This document shows, piece by piece, positions 1 through 9,046 of a DNA stretch of 64,000 bases. Where the stretch lies: positions 224,001 through 288,000 of the forward strand of contig CAWCDG010000003.1 in NCBI GenBank assembly GCA_963794325.1. The letters are read 5' to 3'. The translations under genes and the position numbers were made by a program. This DNA is from an uncultured delta proteobacterium. GTDB taxonomy: Bacteria; Desulfobacterota; Binatia; Binatales; Binataceae. The first letter of the stretch is position 1; each line of letters starts with the position of its first letter. Below the pieces are notes generated by a model. It saw only the letters and a program-made list of their open reading frames with translations, was not told where the DNA came from and searched no databases.

Positions 1-1
1 C

Positions 2-67
2 TCCGTCTTCTTAAGCTCGGGAAGCCAGGTGCGCCTCGGCGACATCCGCTTCGTCCTGCAACTGTAG
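2..67 (+). CDS. 3' end of a gene cut by the window edge, probably an FHA-domain protein
   Basis: Translates SVFLSSGSQVRLGDIRFVLQL*, resembling the last strands of an FHA domain. Confidence 0.4.
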   Translation, partial: SVFLSSGSQVRLGDIRFVLQL

Positions 68-74
68 CTAGTAG

Positions 75-91
75 GGCGGCCCGCCCCACTA
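75..91. repeat. REP-like half-site between convergent genes
   Basis: GGCGGCCCGCCCCACTA is the exact reverse complement of 20583-20599. Confidence 0.55.
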
Positions 92-102
92 TCAATACCC
101 GA

Positions 103-1467
103 TCAGTGGCCCGCCCTTTCCAGCGCTTGCGGCGCGAGGAATGAGTTGTCCACCGTTCCCATGTCGATATACCAGCATTCGCGATCGGGCGCGGTCGCGC
201 CGGGCATATAGACGACCGAACTCGCACCGGTCTGGAGATCTTCGTCCACCAGCCCCACCTGGAATATCCGCTTATATGGATAGATGGCGATTTTCGCGTC
301 GGGCACCGGGCGGTCGCGATAAGTGTCGAAGGTCGCGATCGTCTTCCATAGCTTGCCATCGCGATCGTACTGATCCGACGCCGTGATGAACCATCCTTCG
401 GAATCGATATAGAAGATGCGCTTGGGGATGCTCATATCCTGGCCCGGCTTCGCATCCGCCTCGATCACATACAAATGCCGCATCTCCCAGTTTTCCGGGC
501 AAATTGTTTTGCCGCCATCGTACGGGCATTGCACCTCTGGCGAGTGGTCGGCGTGCACCGATGCCAGCATCTCCTTCTCACCGAGGAACCGGTAATTAAA
601 ATCTTCGATCTTTGCTGAGAACCCGAAATACGAATCCGGATCGAGTGTGTTCGCGAAAGGGGCGGATCCACTGCCTCCGCCCGCGCCGCCGGCTCCCCCC
701 GCCACGCTTCCGCCTCCACCGCCTCCGCCACCGCCAAATCCCGGCAGCGACCCGATACTGTCCGAGAGCTCGTTGGACCCCTCACGACGCAGGTGGCGCG
801 TCGCGGGATTGTACACCCAGACGTTGTCGTCGATTTTTGGATCGATATGCCGCTGCCGCACCATCCCGTAACCGCGCAGCGACGACGGCTCCATGAACGG
901 ATAAAAGCCGAAACGATAACGAATCCCGCTGGCGACGCCGTCGGGATCGGTTGGTATCGGCGGCACTTCGATACGGCCGATATTGTTGTAGAATGCGAAG
1001 TGCCCCACCGTGTAATAGCTAAGCGGCGTGCCGGTGGCGTGCTTCTCGAAGGTGGCGACCTCGGGAAAGCGCATGTCGATGTCGTCGCTGTAAAGCGGCC
1101 GGAAGCTGAAATTCCACATCACCTTGGTCGCCATCTGCGGATCGTTCGGATCGAGCAGCGGGAACGGCTGCCCCGCGACGTAACCCTTGAGCGTGCCGTT
1201 GGGCAGCAGCTGAACCTGGGGCGAGTACTTCTCGGTCGCGGTTTTGAACGGCGGCGGCCAGTCGAGCTTGTCGCTCGGCACGATCCGGAGCTGCATGCCC
1301 TCGCGCACCAATATGTAATTGCCCGGGCTGAGCAGGTCGATGACCTTTTCCGCATTGTCCTTGGTGATCACATCGCCCGGCTTGACCGCGGCCTGCGCCG
1401 GCGCGAGCGCGCACAGCATCGCCGCCAACAATGTCCCACTCACGATTCGCAACGGTAGCAATTGCAT
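103..1467 (-). CDS. DUF1329-family exported protein with a Gly-rich insertion
   Basis: Signal peptide; motifs PGDVITKDN, G.PFP, VW.Y.P..R..RR, KR.FYID, YDRDGKLWK; AAGGAG RBS upstream. Confidence 0.8.
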   Translation of the reverse strand: MQLLPLRIVSGTLLAAMLCALAPAQAAVKPGDVITKDNAEKVIDLLSPGNYILVREGMQLRIVPSDKLDWPPPFKTATEKYSPQVQLLPNGTLKGYVAGQPFPLLDPNDPQMATKVMWNFSFRPLYSDDIDMRFPEVATFEKHATGTPLSYYTVGHFAFYNNIGRIEVPPIPTDPDGVASGIRYRFGFYPFMEPSSLRGYGMVRQRHIDPKIDDNVWVYNPATRHLRREGSNELSDSIGSLPGFGGGGGGGGGSVAGGAGGAGGGSGSAPFANTLDPDSYFGFSAKIEDFNYRFLGEKEMLASVHADHSPEVQCPYDGGKTICPENWEMRHLYVIEADAKPGQDMSIPKRIFYIDSEGWFITASDQYDRDGKLWKTIATFDTYRDRPVPDAKIAIYPYKRIFQVGLVDEDLQTGASSVVYMPGATAPDRECWYIDMGTVDNSFLAPQALERAGH

Positions 1468-1589
1468 ACGACTCCTTATAATTCGTCGGCGCCAATCAGG
1501 GGCGCGATGCGGCGCCTATCTTACAGTAGTTAGGCTGGTATCGAAAATATCTCTTGATTGGCCCTCCACCCGCTCCCTATGATCGAGTC

Positions 1590-2039
1590 ATGGTGACACA
1601 TGCTATTTCAAGGACATTTATTTTCGCGATCGCGCTTGTGGCGATCGTGTGTATCGCAGCTCGGGCTGACGCGCAGATGCGCCCGATGATGATTCCGCTA
1701 ACCACCACGATGGTTATCACCAAGCCGGCGCCCGGCGAGATCTACGGGAACAAGCAGGTAGTTACGATGGGCGTAAGCGGAAAGACCTACAAGTTCGTGC
1801 TCAACGACGCCTACGTCGACGATCCGCGAGGCATCATCCGTTGGCCGGACATCTGGCAGTTGGTCAGGCAGTACAAGCCGAACTTCAACGTCACCGGATT
1901 GGGCGAGGACACGTTTGCGAAAATGAAGCCCGGCGAGACTTTGACGGTGCGCGGGATGTTCTCCGGCAACAACCAGACCTACGAAGTGATGGGCACAGAA
2001 CCCGGCGGCGGCACTTTCGCCCCCGGCCAACACTACTAG
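1590..2039 (+). CDS. Hypothetical exported protein
   Basis: N-terminal signal peptide ending ADA; host-like codon usage. Confidence 0.7.
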   Translation: MVTHAISRTFIFAIALVAIVCIAARADAQMRPMMIPLTTTMVITKPAPGEIYGNKQVVTMGVSGKTYKFVLNDAYVDDPRGIIRWPDIWQLVRQYKPNFNVTGLGEDTFAKMKPGETLTVRGMFSGNNQTYEVMGTEPGGGTFAPGQHY

Positions 2040-2124
2040 AGTGTAGTCGTCAAGCAGCTCGCTGCTTGATAATCCGGGCGACGACTCCGGGCTTTAGGTC
2101 TTTCCGAGCCATCTTGAGATCGTA

Positions 2125-2217
2125 GGCGAGATGTTGAAGGAAGAGTTTTTAGCCGAATATGGCGTGTCGCAAAATCAGCTCGCGAAGACAATTGGCATAT
2201 CTCCGAATCGGATCGCC
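2125..2217 (+). pseudogene. higA: Fragment of a HigA-family HTH antitoxin
   Basis: GEMLKEEFLAEYGVSQNQLAKTIGISPNRIA matches the HigA N-terminal HTH; similarity stops where the convergent SRPBCC gene ends. Confidence 0.65.
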
Positions 2218-2220
2218 TTC

Positions 2221-2715
2221 TTAACTCCCCATAATCACCGCTAGCTCGCGCTCCCGATACTCGAAAATCTGCGCGAGGCTCCGCGCGACGAACAGATGAT
2301 ACGCAATCTCGCCGAGCGGCCCCAGCGGCATCGCATACTCGACGCGATCTTTCACTTCCGTCGCGCCGCCGCCGACATCCCTGAAGAAATGGCTATGACG
2401 CCACAATGCGTACGGCCCTTTCTCCTGCACATCGACAAACTTCTTCGGCGGTTCGACGATCTCAATCCGCGTCTGCCAATGGACCGGCACGCCATACAGC
2501 CGAATCTGGTAATCGATCAGCGTCCCGGGATGCATGACTTCAGGCGGCGTCGAGAGAAATTTGAATTGCAGAAACTTCGGCGTCAGCCGCTTCAGATTGC
2601 GCGCATCGGAGAAAAATCTGAAGGTCTCGGCAATCGGCCGAGGCACAATCTGCGTGCGCTCGAGCGTGCGAACTTTCACGTGGTCGAGCGTATTGGATTC
2701 GACGCGGTGAATCAC
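2221..2715 (-). CDS. SRPBCC/cyclase-family protein
   Basis: Motifs F.FFSDARNL..LTP, F.DVQEKGPY..WRH.H.F, T.V.DRVEY..P.G. Confidence 0.85.
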   Translation of the reverse strand: MIHRVESNTLDHVKVRTLERTQIVPRPIAETFRFFSDARNLKRLTPKFLQFKFLSTPPEVMHPGTLIDYQIRLYGVPVHWQTRIEIVEPPKKFVDVQEKGPYALWRHSHFFRDVGGGATEVKDRVEYAMPLGPLGEIAYHLFVARSLAQIFEYRERELAVIMGS

Positions 2716-2733
2716 CAGACCGCCGCGCCGAAC

Positions 2734-3249
2734 GGTAGTGCCCTGATTTGAATACTAGAATGACAAACTACGGTGAGGTATCGGAGGGTTATATAAGGCT
2801 GAGCAGGACAAAGATTATGCCGATGGTCGCGACGTTCCAGACTATCGAGCGGACCAGCGGGACGCCGAAGGCGTAGAGCGGCACGTAGGCCACACGGCCC
2901 CAGAAATAGAGTTGCGCGCCCCACGCGGTCATCCAGTTGTGGCGGCCAATGACGTTGGCAACCAGGATCGCCGCGACGAATAGCGGAAAGGTTTCCCTGA
3001 AATTGCTCAACGCGCGTTCGAGCCGCGCGGCGACGCCGGTGAGCGGCGGCATCGCCTGATCACGCGCGCTGGCCGCCCACCGGTATCCGTACTGGACGCT
3101 GGTAGCGTGCGCGCTCAGGACGATTTGTACCAAGCCGAGCGCAGCACTCAACGCGAGCATCTGAAGTTCGATGGTCATGATTTCAGTGCGGTATTTTGCC
3201 GCGTCCTTTTTCAGAGAGTAATGCTCTCGATTCAAATTAGGACAGTACC
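2734..3249. mobile_element. Non-autonomous cassette with IS1-like inverted ends and an 8-bp TSD, carrying a MAPEG gene
   Basis: Left end GGTAGTGCCCTGATTTGAA (2734-2752) and right end TTCAAATTAGGACAGTACC (3231-3249) are 16/19 inverted; CGCCGAAC is duplicated at 2726-2733 and 3250-3257. Confidence 0.85.
2789..3178 (-). CDS. MAPEG-family membrane protein
   Basis: Start MTIELQML; motifs ARL.RA..NF.E.FP.F and GA.LYFW.R..Y.PLY..G.P..RS. Confidence 0.85.
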   Translation of the reverse strand: MTIELQMLALSAALGLVQIVLSAHATSVQYGYRWAASARDQAMPPLTGVAARLERALSNFRETFPLFVAAILVANVIGRHNWMTAWGAQLYFWGRVAYVPLYAFGVPLVRSIVWNVATIGIIFVLLSLI

Positions 3250-3337
3250 CGCCGAACCTCACAAGTTGTGCCGCTATCCGCGCGTAGTGTAACTTTGTAG
3301 GCTCAAATAAAGGAAAAAGCAGCACAAAATCGGGTAA

Positions 3338-5035
3338 ATGAAAAAACTTACGGGAGCACAAATCGTTATCGAGAGCCTCATCGCCGAAGGCGTCGATGTA
3401 ATCTTCGGCTATCCCGGCGGCGCCATCCTGCCGACTTACGACGCGCTACTCGACTCAAAAATCAAGCACGTTCTGGTCCGTCACGAACAGGGCGCGACAC
3501 ACATGGCCGAGGGCTATGCCCGCGTCAGCGGACGCCCCGGCGTCGTGCTGGTTACCTCAGGCCCTGGCGCGACCAACACCGTCACCGGAATCGCCGACGC
3601 GTACATGGACTCGACTCCGATGGTAGTCCTGTCGGGTCAGGTTCCCACCACGATGATTGGCAACGACGCTTTCCAGGAAGCCGACTTCGTCGGTATCACG
3701 CGGCCGTGCACCAAGCACAATTTCCTCGTCAAGAACGTCAAGGACATCTCGCGCATCATCAAGGAAGCATTTTATATCGCCGGTAGCGGACGTCCCGGTC
3801 CGGTCGTCGTCGATTTGCCCAAGGACGTGCAGCAGGCCGAGCACACTTTTCATCTCTCCGAGAAAGTTGAGCTGCGCGGCTACAAGCCGACGATTCGCGG
3901 CAATCCCCGGCAAATCGAGCGCGCGATCGAAGCGATCGAGAAAAGTTCGACACCGCTCTTCTACGTCGGCGGAGGCGTGCAGTGGTCCGGCGCGGCGTCC
4001 GAATTGCGCGAACTGGTGCGAGGACTGGGGATTCCAATCACCGAGACGCTGATGGGACTCGGATCCTTCCCGGCTTCCGACCCGTTGCGGCTCGGGATGC
4101 TCGGGATGCATGGTTCGTACGGTACCAACACCGCGGTCTGTAACACCGACTGCCTGATCGCGGTAGGCGCGCGCTTCGACGATCGCGTCACCGGCAAGAT
4201 TTCCGAATTCGCACCGAAGGCCGAAACCATCATCCATATCGACATCGACCCGTCGTCCATTTCGAAGAACGTCAAGGTGGATGTTCCGATCGTCGGCGAT
4301 ATCAAGTCCGTACTCACAGACATGCTGACCCAGATCAAAGGCCGCGAGAGTATCGGAAAGCGCCGCGCCGAGTGGTCGAAATGGCATCAGCAGATTCTCC
4401 AGTGGCAGAAGGAGAAGCCGCTCTACGAGAACGGCAATCGCGGCGAGAGCGTCTCACCGCTCGACGTCATCGCCGAGATGCACAACATCACCAAGGGCGA
4501 CTGCATAATCGCGACTGACGTCGGACAGCATCAGATGTGGGTGGCGCAGATGTTCCCCTTCGAGAATCCGCGCTCGTGGCTGACCTCCGGCGGCTTGGGC
4601 ACGATGGGCTACGGATTGCCCGCGGGAATCGGTGCGACCTTCGCCGCGCCCGACAAGAAAGTAGTGGTCGTCAGTGGCGACGGCTCGATCCAGATGAACA
4701 TCCAGGAGCTGGGTACCGCCGTTCAATATAATGTGGATATCAAAGTAATCATCCTGAATAACTACTTCCTCGGGATGGTTCGCCAATGGCAGGAGAAGTT
4801 CTACGCCGAGCGGTATTCCTACTCCGCGATGTCGGTGCCGAATTTCGTCAAGCTGGCCGACGCGTACGGCATGCACGGCTTCCGGATCGAAAAGGCGAAG
4901 GATCTCGTCGCGACGATGAAAGAAGCATTCGCGACCCCCGGACCGGTGCTCATCGACGTCGTGATCCCGAAGGAAGAAGCCGTGATGCCGATGATTCCTC
5001 CGGGCGGCGCGATGTCCGAAATGCTCTTCGCCTGA
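3338..5035 (+). CDS. ilvB: Acetolactate synthase large subunit (biosynthetic type)
   Basis: FGYPGGA, RHEQGA, TSGPGATN, DVGQHQMW and the GDGS TPP-binding motif. Confidence 0.95.
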   Translation: MKKLTGAQIVIESLIAEGVDVIFGYPGGAILPTYDALLDSKIKHVLVRHEQGATHMAEGYARVSGRPGVVLVTSGPGATNTVTGIADAYMDSTPMVVLSGQVPTTMIGNDAFQEADFVGITRPCTKHNFLVKNVKDISRIIKEAFYIAGSGRPGPVVVDLPKDVQQAEHTFHLSEKVELRGYKPTIRGNPRQIERAIEAIEKSSTPLFYVGGGVQWSGAASELRELVRGLGIPITETLMGLGSFPASDPLRLGMLGMHGSYGTNTAVCNTDCLIAVGARFDDRVTGKISEFAPKAETIIHIDIDPSSISKNVKVDVPIVGDIKSVLTDMLTQIKGRESIGKRRAEWSKWHQQILQWQKEKPLYENGNRGESVSPLDVIAEMHNITKGDCIIATDVGQHQMWVAQMFPFENPRSWLTSGGLGTMGYGLPAGIGATFAAPDKKVVVVSGDGSIQMNIQELGTAVQYNVDIKVIILNNYFLGMVRQWQEKFYAERYSYSAMSVPNFVKLADAYGMHGFRIEKAKDLVATMKEAFATPGPVLIDVVIPKEEAVMPMIPPGGAMSEMLFA

Positions 5036-5052
5036 ACTAACGAGGTGCACAT

Positions 5053-5598
5053 ATGGCCGCGCGCGTACCTTATCTGAATCGCGAGGATCTACCCGAAGCC
5101 GACCGCGTCATCTTTGACAACCTCGCCGCCGAGCGCGGCGGCACCGTCGGCAACATCTTCCGCGCACTGGCGCATACGCCAAACCTGCTGCGCCGCTTCT
5201 GCCAGATAGGCAGTGAGCTTCGCAACAAAACAGAGCTCGATCCAAAGCTCCGCGAACTCGCCATCTGCACCGTAGGACGCCTCACCGATGCGCAGTACGA
5301 GTTCGTACATCACTGGAACCTCGCGCGGCGCGTCGGCGTCTCCCGCGAACAGCTCGAAGCACTTGCCGACTGGGAAAAATCTCCGACCTTCAACGACCAC
5401 GAGCGCGTCGTGATCCGTTACGCCGTCGAGGCGACCAACAACGTCCGCGTCACCGACGCCACCTGGAACGCGCTGAAGGCATTCCTCGACACACGCCGCA
5501 TCATGGAACTGGTCCAGAACGTCGCCTTCTACAACATGGTGGTGCGCGTGCTGGTCCCGGTCGGCGTCGAGTTGGAGCCCGGCACCACAAAGCAATAA
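5053..5598 (+). CDS. Carboxymuconolactone decarboxylase/AhpD-like family protein
   Basis: LDPKLRELAI, YE..HH...AR..G, ELV..VAFYNMV.R. Confidence 0.8.
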   Translation: MAARVPYLNREDLPEADRVIFDNLAAERGGTVGNIFRALAHTPNLLRRFCQIGSELRNKTELDPKLRELAICTVGRLTDAQYEFVHHWNLARRVGVSREQLEALADWEKSPTFNDHERVVIRYAVEATNNVRVTDATWNALKAFLDTRRIMELVQNVAFYNMVVRVLVPVGVELEPGTTKQ

Positions 5599-5695
5599 CC
5601 GCGCGCCACTTTTTTATTTGACATCGCGGTTGAGCGAATGCGACTTTTTTCGCAGTTGCGCTGATTCGACCTGTCAGTCGACGGGAGGTTGAGCC

Positions 5696-7393
5696 ATGGC
5701 GGAATTCGATGTTGTCATTCGCGATGGAATGGTGGTGGACGGAACGCGGATGCCGCGCTTTCGCGGCGACGTCGGGATCAAGGACGGTCGAATCGCCAAG
5801 ATCGGCCGGCTGCGTTCCACCGACGCCGCGAAGACCATCGACGCGTCGGGACTGATCGTCGCGCCCGGCTTCGTCGATCTGCACACCCACTACGACGCGC
5901 AACTGTTCTGGGATCCCTACTGCTCGATCTCGAGCTGGCACGGCGTCACCTCGGTCGTAATCGGCAACTGCGGGTTCGGCTTCGCCCCGGTGCGTCCCGA
6001 GAGCCGCGAGCGCGCGATGCTCACGATGACGCGCGTCGAAGCGATTCCATACGCATCGATGAAGGCCGGGATGCCGTGGGATTGGACCACGTTCCCCGAA
6101 TTTCTCGACAGCATCGATCGCCGTCCCAAGGCGGTGAACATCCTGCCGTACGTTCCGGTCTCGCCGCTGCTGACGTGGGTGATGGGTCTGGAAGCGGCCA
6201 AGACGCGGCCGCCCACCGAAGAGGAGACGCGCGAGATTTGCCGCCTGCTCGACGAGGCGATGGACGCCGGCGCATGCGGATGGTCCGCCCAGCGCCTCGA
6301 CCCGAAAGGTCCCGCATGCGTGCAGCGCGACTTCGACGGCACGCCGATGGTCAGCGACCTGATGGCCGACGAAACCTGCCTCGCGCTGGCGCGGGTGCTC
6401 GGCCGGCGCAACGAAGGCTTCATCCAGATGACGCTGGTGAGCGCCGATCCGATGCACGACCTGAATCACTTCGAGCAGCTGGCCGAGCTTAGCGGACGGC
6501 CGGTGCTCTACAACGTCGTGCAGCCTCGCGACCAGCATCCTTATGTGCATCGCGGGCAAATGCAGTGGCTCGAGAGTTGTCGCAAGCGCGGGCTTCCCGT
6601 GTATGGGCAAGCGGTCACCAGCGACACCGGGATGCTGTTCACGTTCATCGACTGGAACCTGTTCGACGATTCCCATGCGTGGTGTGACGCCACCACCGGC
6701 ACCAGTGCGGAGCGGATGGCGAAGCTGGCGGACCCTGCCCGGCGCGACGCGCTCCGGGTCAGTCTGCCGCGGGTCATCACCGAGGAGTTCGATCAGATTT
6801 TCGTCGTGCAGGTCGCGCGCGGCGACATGAAGGAATACGAAGGGCTCACGCTGCGCGAATTCGCCGCTCGGACCGGCAAGCATCCGGTGGACGCGATGCT
6901 CGATCTGGCGGTCGCTGACGAGCTTCGCACCGAGTTTTACGCGCCGGGACCCAATAAGAACATGGATTTCATGAAGGAGATGATCGACGATCCATACCTG
7001 ATTCCCGGGGTTTCAGACGGCGGCGCGCATACAAAATTCTTTACCGGCGGACAGTACCCGACTGAATTTCTCGCGTGGCTCGTGCGCGAGTACCAGATGC
7101 TGAGCCTCGAAGATGCGCACTGGCGACTGAGCGCGCTGCCCGCGATGTGCGCGGGATTCAGCGACCGCGGAGTGCTCCGCGAAGGCGCGCCCGCCGACGT
7201 TGTGATCTACGACTACGACAAACTCGCGATGCGCCCGGTCGAAATCGCCCACGACTTCCCCGGTGGCGAATGGCGTCGCGTGCGCAAGGCGGACGGATAC
7301 AGGTACATAATCGTCAACGGAGAGATCACGATGCGCGACGGCGAAGAGACGGGCGCGTCGGCGGGAAGGCTGCTGCGCCACGGCAAAGCCTGA
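5696..7393 (+). CDS. N-acyl-D-amino-acid deacylase-family amidohydrolase
   Basis: APGFVDLHTHYDAQ, HGVTSVVIGNCG, SDGGAH, DRG.LREG.PAD. Confidence 0.9.
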   Translation: MAEFDVVIRDGMVVDGTRMPRFRGDVGIKDGRIAKIGRLRSTDAAKTIDASGLIVAPGFVDLHTHYDAQLFWDPYCSISSWHGVTSVVIGNCGFGFAPVRPESRERAMLTMTRVEAIPYASMKAGMPWDWTTFPEFLDSIDRRPKAVNILPYVPVSPLLTWVMGLEAAKTRPPTEEETREICRLLDEAMDAGACGWSAQRLDPKGPACVQRDFDGTPMVSDLMADETCLALARVLGRRNEGFIQMTLVSADPMHDLNHFEQLAELSGRPVLYNVVQPRDQHPYVHRGQMQWLESCRKRGLPVYGQAVTSDTGMLFTFIDWNLFDDSHAWCDATTGTSAERMAKLADPARRDALRVSLPRVITEEFDQIFVVQVARGDMKEYEGLTLREFAARTGKHPVDAMLDLAVADELRTEFYAPGPNKNMDFMKEMIDDPYLIPGVSDGGAHTKFFTGGQYPTEFLAWLVREYQMLSLEDAHWRLSALPAMCAGFSDRGVLREGAPADVVIYDYDKLAMRPVEIAHDFPGGEWRRVRKADGYRYIIVNGEITMRDGEETGASAGRLLRHGKA

Positions 7394-7411
7394 AGCAGCG
7401 CGAATTCGTCG

Positions 7412-8077
7412 ATGGTCAAGACGTTCAATTTTTTCAAGCGCAAGCCCGGCCTCAGCGTCGAGGACTTCCGCAACTACTGGCTGAACGAACACGCCGCGAT
7501 AATTCGCGCGATCCCCGAGATACGGAAATACTTCGCGTCGATCACGCTGCCGTCGGCCTACCGCAATCGCGAGCCATTGTACGACGGAATCTCCGAGGCG
7601 TGGTTCGAGGACGAAACCGTGATTCGCGCTACCGCCGATTCGGCACCGCGCCGCGCCGCGCACGCCGACGACGCGAAGTTCGTCGATATGTCAAAGGTCG
7701 GCGCGATCATCGTCGACGAAATCATCCAGAAAGAGGGAACGCTCGCCGACGGCGCAGTGAAAATGTTCTCGCTGCTAACGCGCAAGCCCGGCACCGACGT
7801 CGCCACGTTCCAGACATACTGGCGAACGCATCACGGCCCGCTCGCCGCGAAAATTCCGCAGGCACGCCGCTACGTGCAATGTCACGTGAGGACATCCTCA
7901 TATGATGGCGGCAAGACGCCGCGCTACGACGGCGTCGCAGAGCTGTGGTTCCACAATTTTGATTCGGTGCGCGATTCCGGCAACACCGAAGAGTATCGCG
8001 CGGTGAAAATCGACGAGCCGAAATTCCTCGCGCTCCCGTTTCCATTCATAATCGCCTCCGAACACCGAATCGTGTGA
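7412..8077 (+). CDS. Tandem EthD-domain protein
   Basis: Two RKPG..F..YW...H...YDG..E.WF units. Confidence 0.85.
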   Translation: MVKTFNFFKRKPGLSVEDFRNYWLNEHAAIIRAIPEIRKYFASITLPSAYRNREPLYDGISEAWFEDETVIRATADSAPRRAAHADDAKFVDMSKVGAIIVDEIIQKEGTLADGAVKMFSLLTRKPGTDVATFQTYWRTHHGPLAAKIPQARRYVQCHVRTSSYDGGKTPRYDGVAELWFHNFDSVRDSGNTEEYRAVKIDEPKFLALPFPFIIASEHRIV

Positions 8078-8436
8078 CACTCGCGCACCCAGATTTCTAC
8101 GAACAGGGAATCGATCTCTTCAATGAGGGCCGCTTCTTCGAATGCCACGAAGCATGGGAGGAAATCTGGAAGCGCTCCGAGGGTGAGGTCAAACTCTTCT
8201 ACCAGGGATTGATTCAAGCCGCCGTCGCAATTCTCCACGCCCAGCGCGGAAACCTCGAAGGCGCACGATCGCTATACGAGAAAGCGTCGGCCAAGCTCGA
8301 CAAGATTCCGCACGAGCACATGGGCCTCGCAGTAGGCGAACTGCGAATCGAGCTGCGCGAGTTTATAGAAATCGCAACCCGCGCCGACGGCAGCGCGCTG
8401 CCAAATCCGCCGCACTTGCGACGGCTCCCAAAATGA
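8074..8436 (+). CDS. DUF309-domain protein
   Basis: LFNEG.FFECHE.WEE.W and YQGLIQ.AVA..H. Confidence 0.9.
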   Translation: MTLAHPDFYEQGIDLFNEGRFFECHEAWEEIWKRSEGEVKLFYQGLIQAAVAILHAQRGNLEGARSLYEKASAKLDKIPHEHMGLAVGELRIELREFIEIATRADGSALPNPPHLRRLPK

Positions 8437-8448
8437 ACCGCCCGAATT

Positions 8449-8534
8449 ACCTCTCCCGCGGCTGGCGACTCTGCCGACAGCCGCAAACCAGGAGAGGTCG
8501 TCCGACGATACTATCGTCGGAGGGGTGAGGGCGC
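8449..8534 (+). repeat. Composite palindromic repeat, left flank of DUF559
   Basis: ACCTCTCC-loop-GGAGAGGTCG-hairpin(TCCGACGATA C TATCGTCGGA)-GGGTGAGGGCGC. Confidence 0.75.
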
Positions 8535-8611
8535 TCGTATCGAGCACAATGCGAGCAGCTCGCCTGCACCGAGGCGCGACCTCACCCTTTACGAGAGGTA
8601 TACTGCGAACG

Positions 8612-8965
8612 ATGCGAACGAAACCGCCCACCGATCCCATAATTCTCGATCGCGCCCGCCATATGCGGCGAGAAATGACCGAAGCTGAGCGTAAACTCTG
8701 GAGCATTCTCCGAAATCGGGCTCTGGTCGGCGTCAAGTTCAGGCGACAAATGCCGATAGGGAATTATATCGCGGACTTTTGCTGCGTTGACCATCGGTTG
8801 ATCGTGGAATTAGACGGCGAGCAACATGCCGAGCAAGAAGCCGCGGACGAATCCAGGAGTCGTTTTTTGGCCAAAGAGGGATTTCGGGTGCTGCGCTTTT
8901 GGAATGACCAGGTGCTGAGTGGCTCGGATTTTGTGGCGGCGGAAATACTTGCGGCTATCACTAAT
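8612..8965 (+). CDS. DUF559 endonuclease-like domain; no stop of its own, frame continues into tilS
   Basis: AR.MRR.MT.AE..LW, KFRRQ.PIG.YIADF, LIVELDG..H, G.RVLRFWN. Confidence 0.85.
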
Positions 8966-8974
8966 GACGAGCGG

Positions 8975-9026
8975 GCGCCCTCACCCGTCGCGCGAGGCGC
9001 ACGACGACCTCTCCGGGGGGAGAGGT
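8975..9026 (-). repeat. Composite palindromic repeat, right flank of DUF559 (inverted relative to the left flank)
   Basis: GCGCCCTCACCC-hairpin-CGACCTCTCC GGGG GGAGAGGT. Confidence 0.75.
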
Positions 9027-9046
9027 GTAAGAGTAATCTCGTCACA

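Noticed and set aside
2036-2100. Imperfect inverted repeat with an internal TCAAGCAG/CTGCTTGA hairpin, as a MITE
   Set aside because: Single copy, weak outer pairing and no clear TSD; could be a simple terminator.
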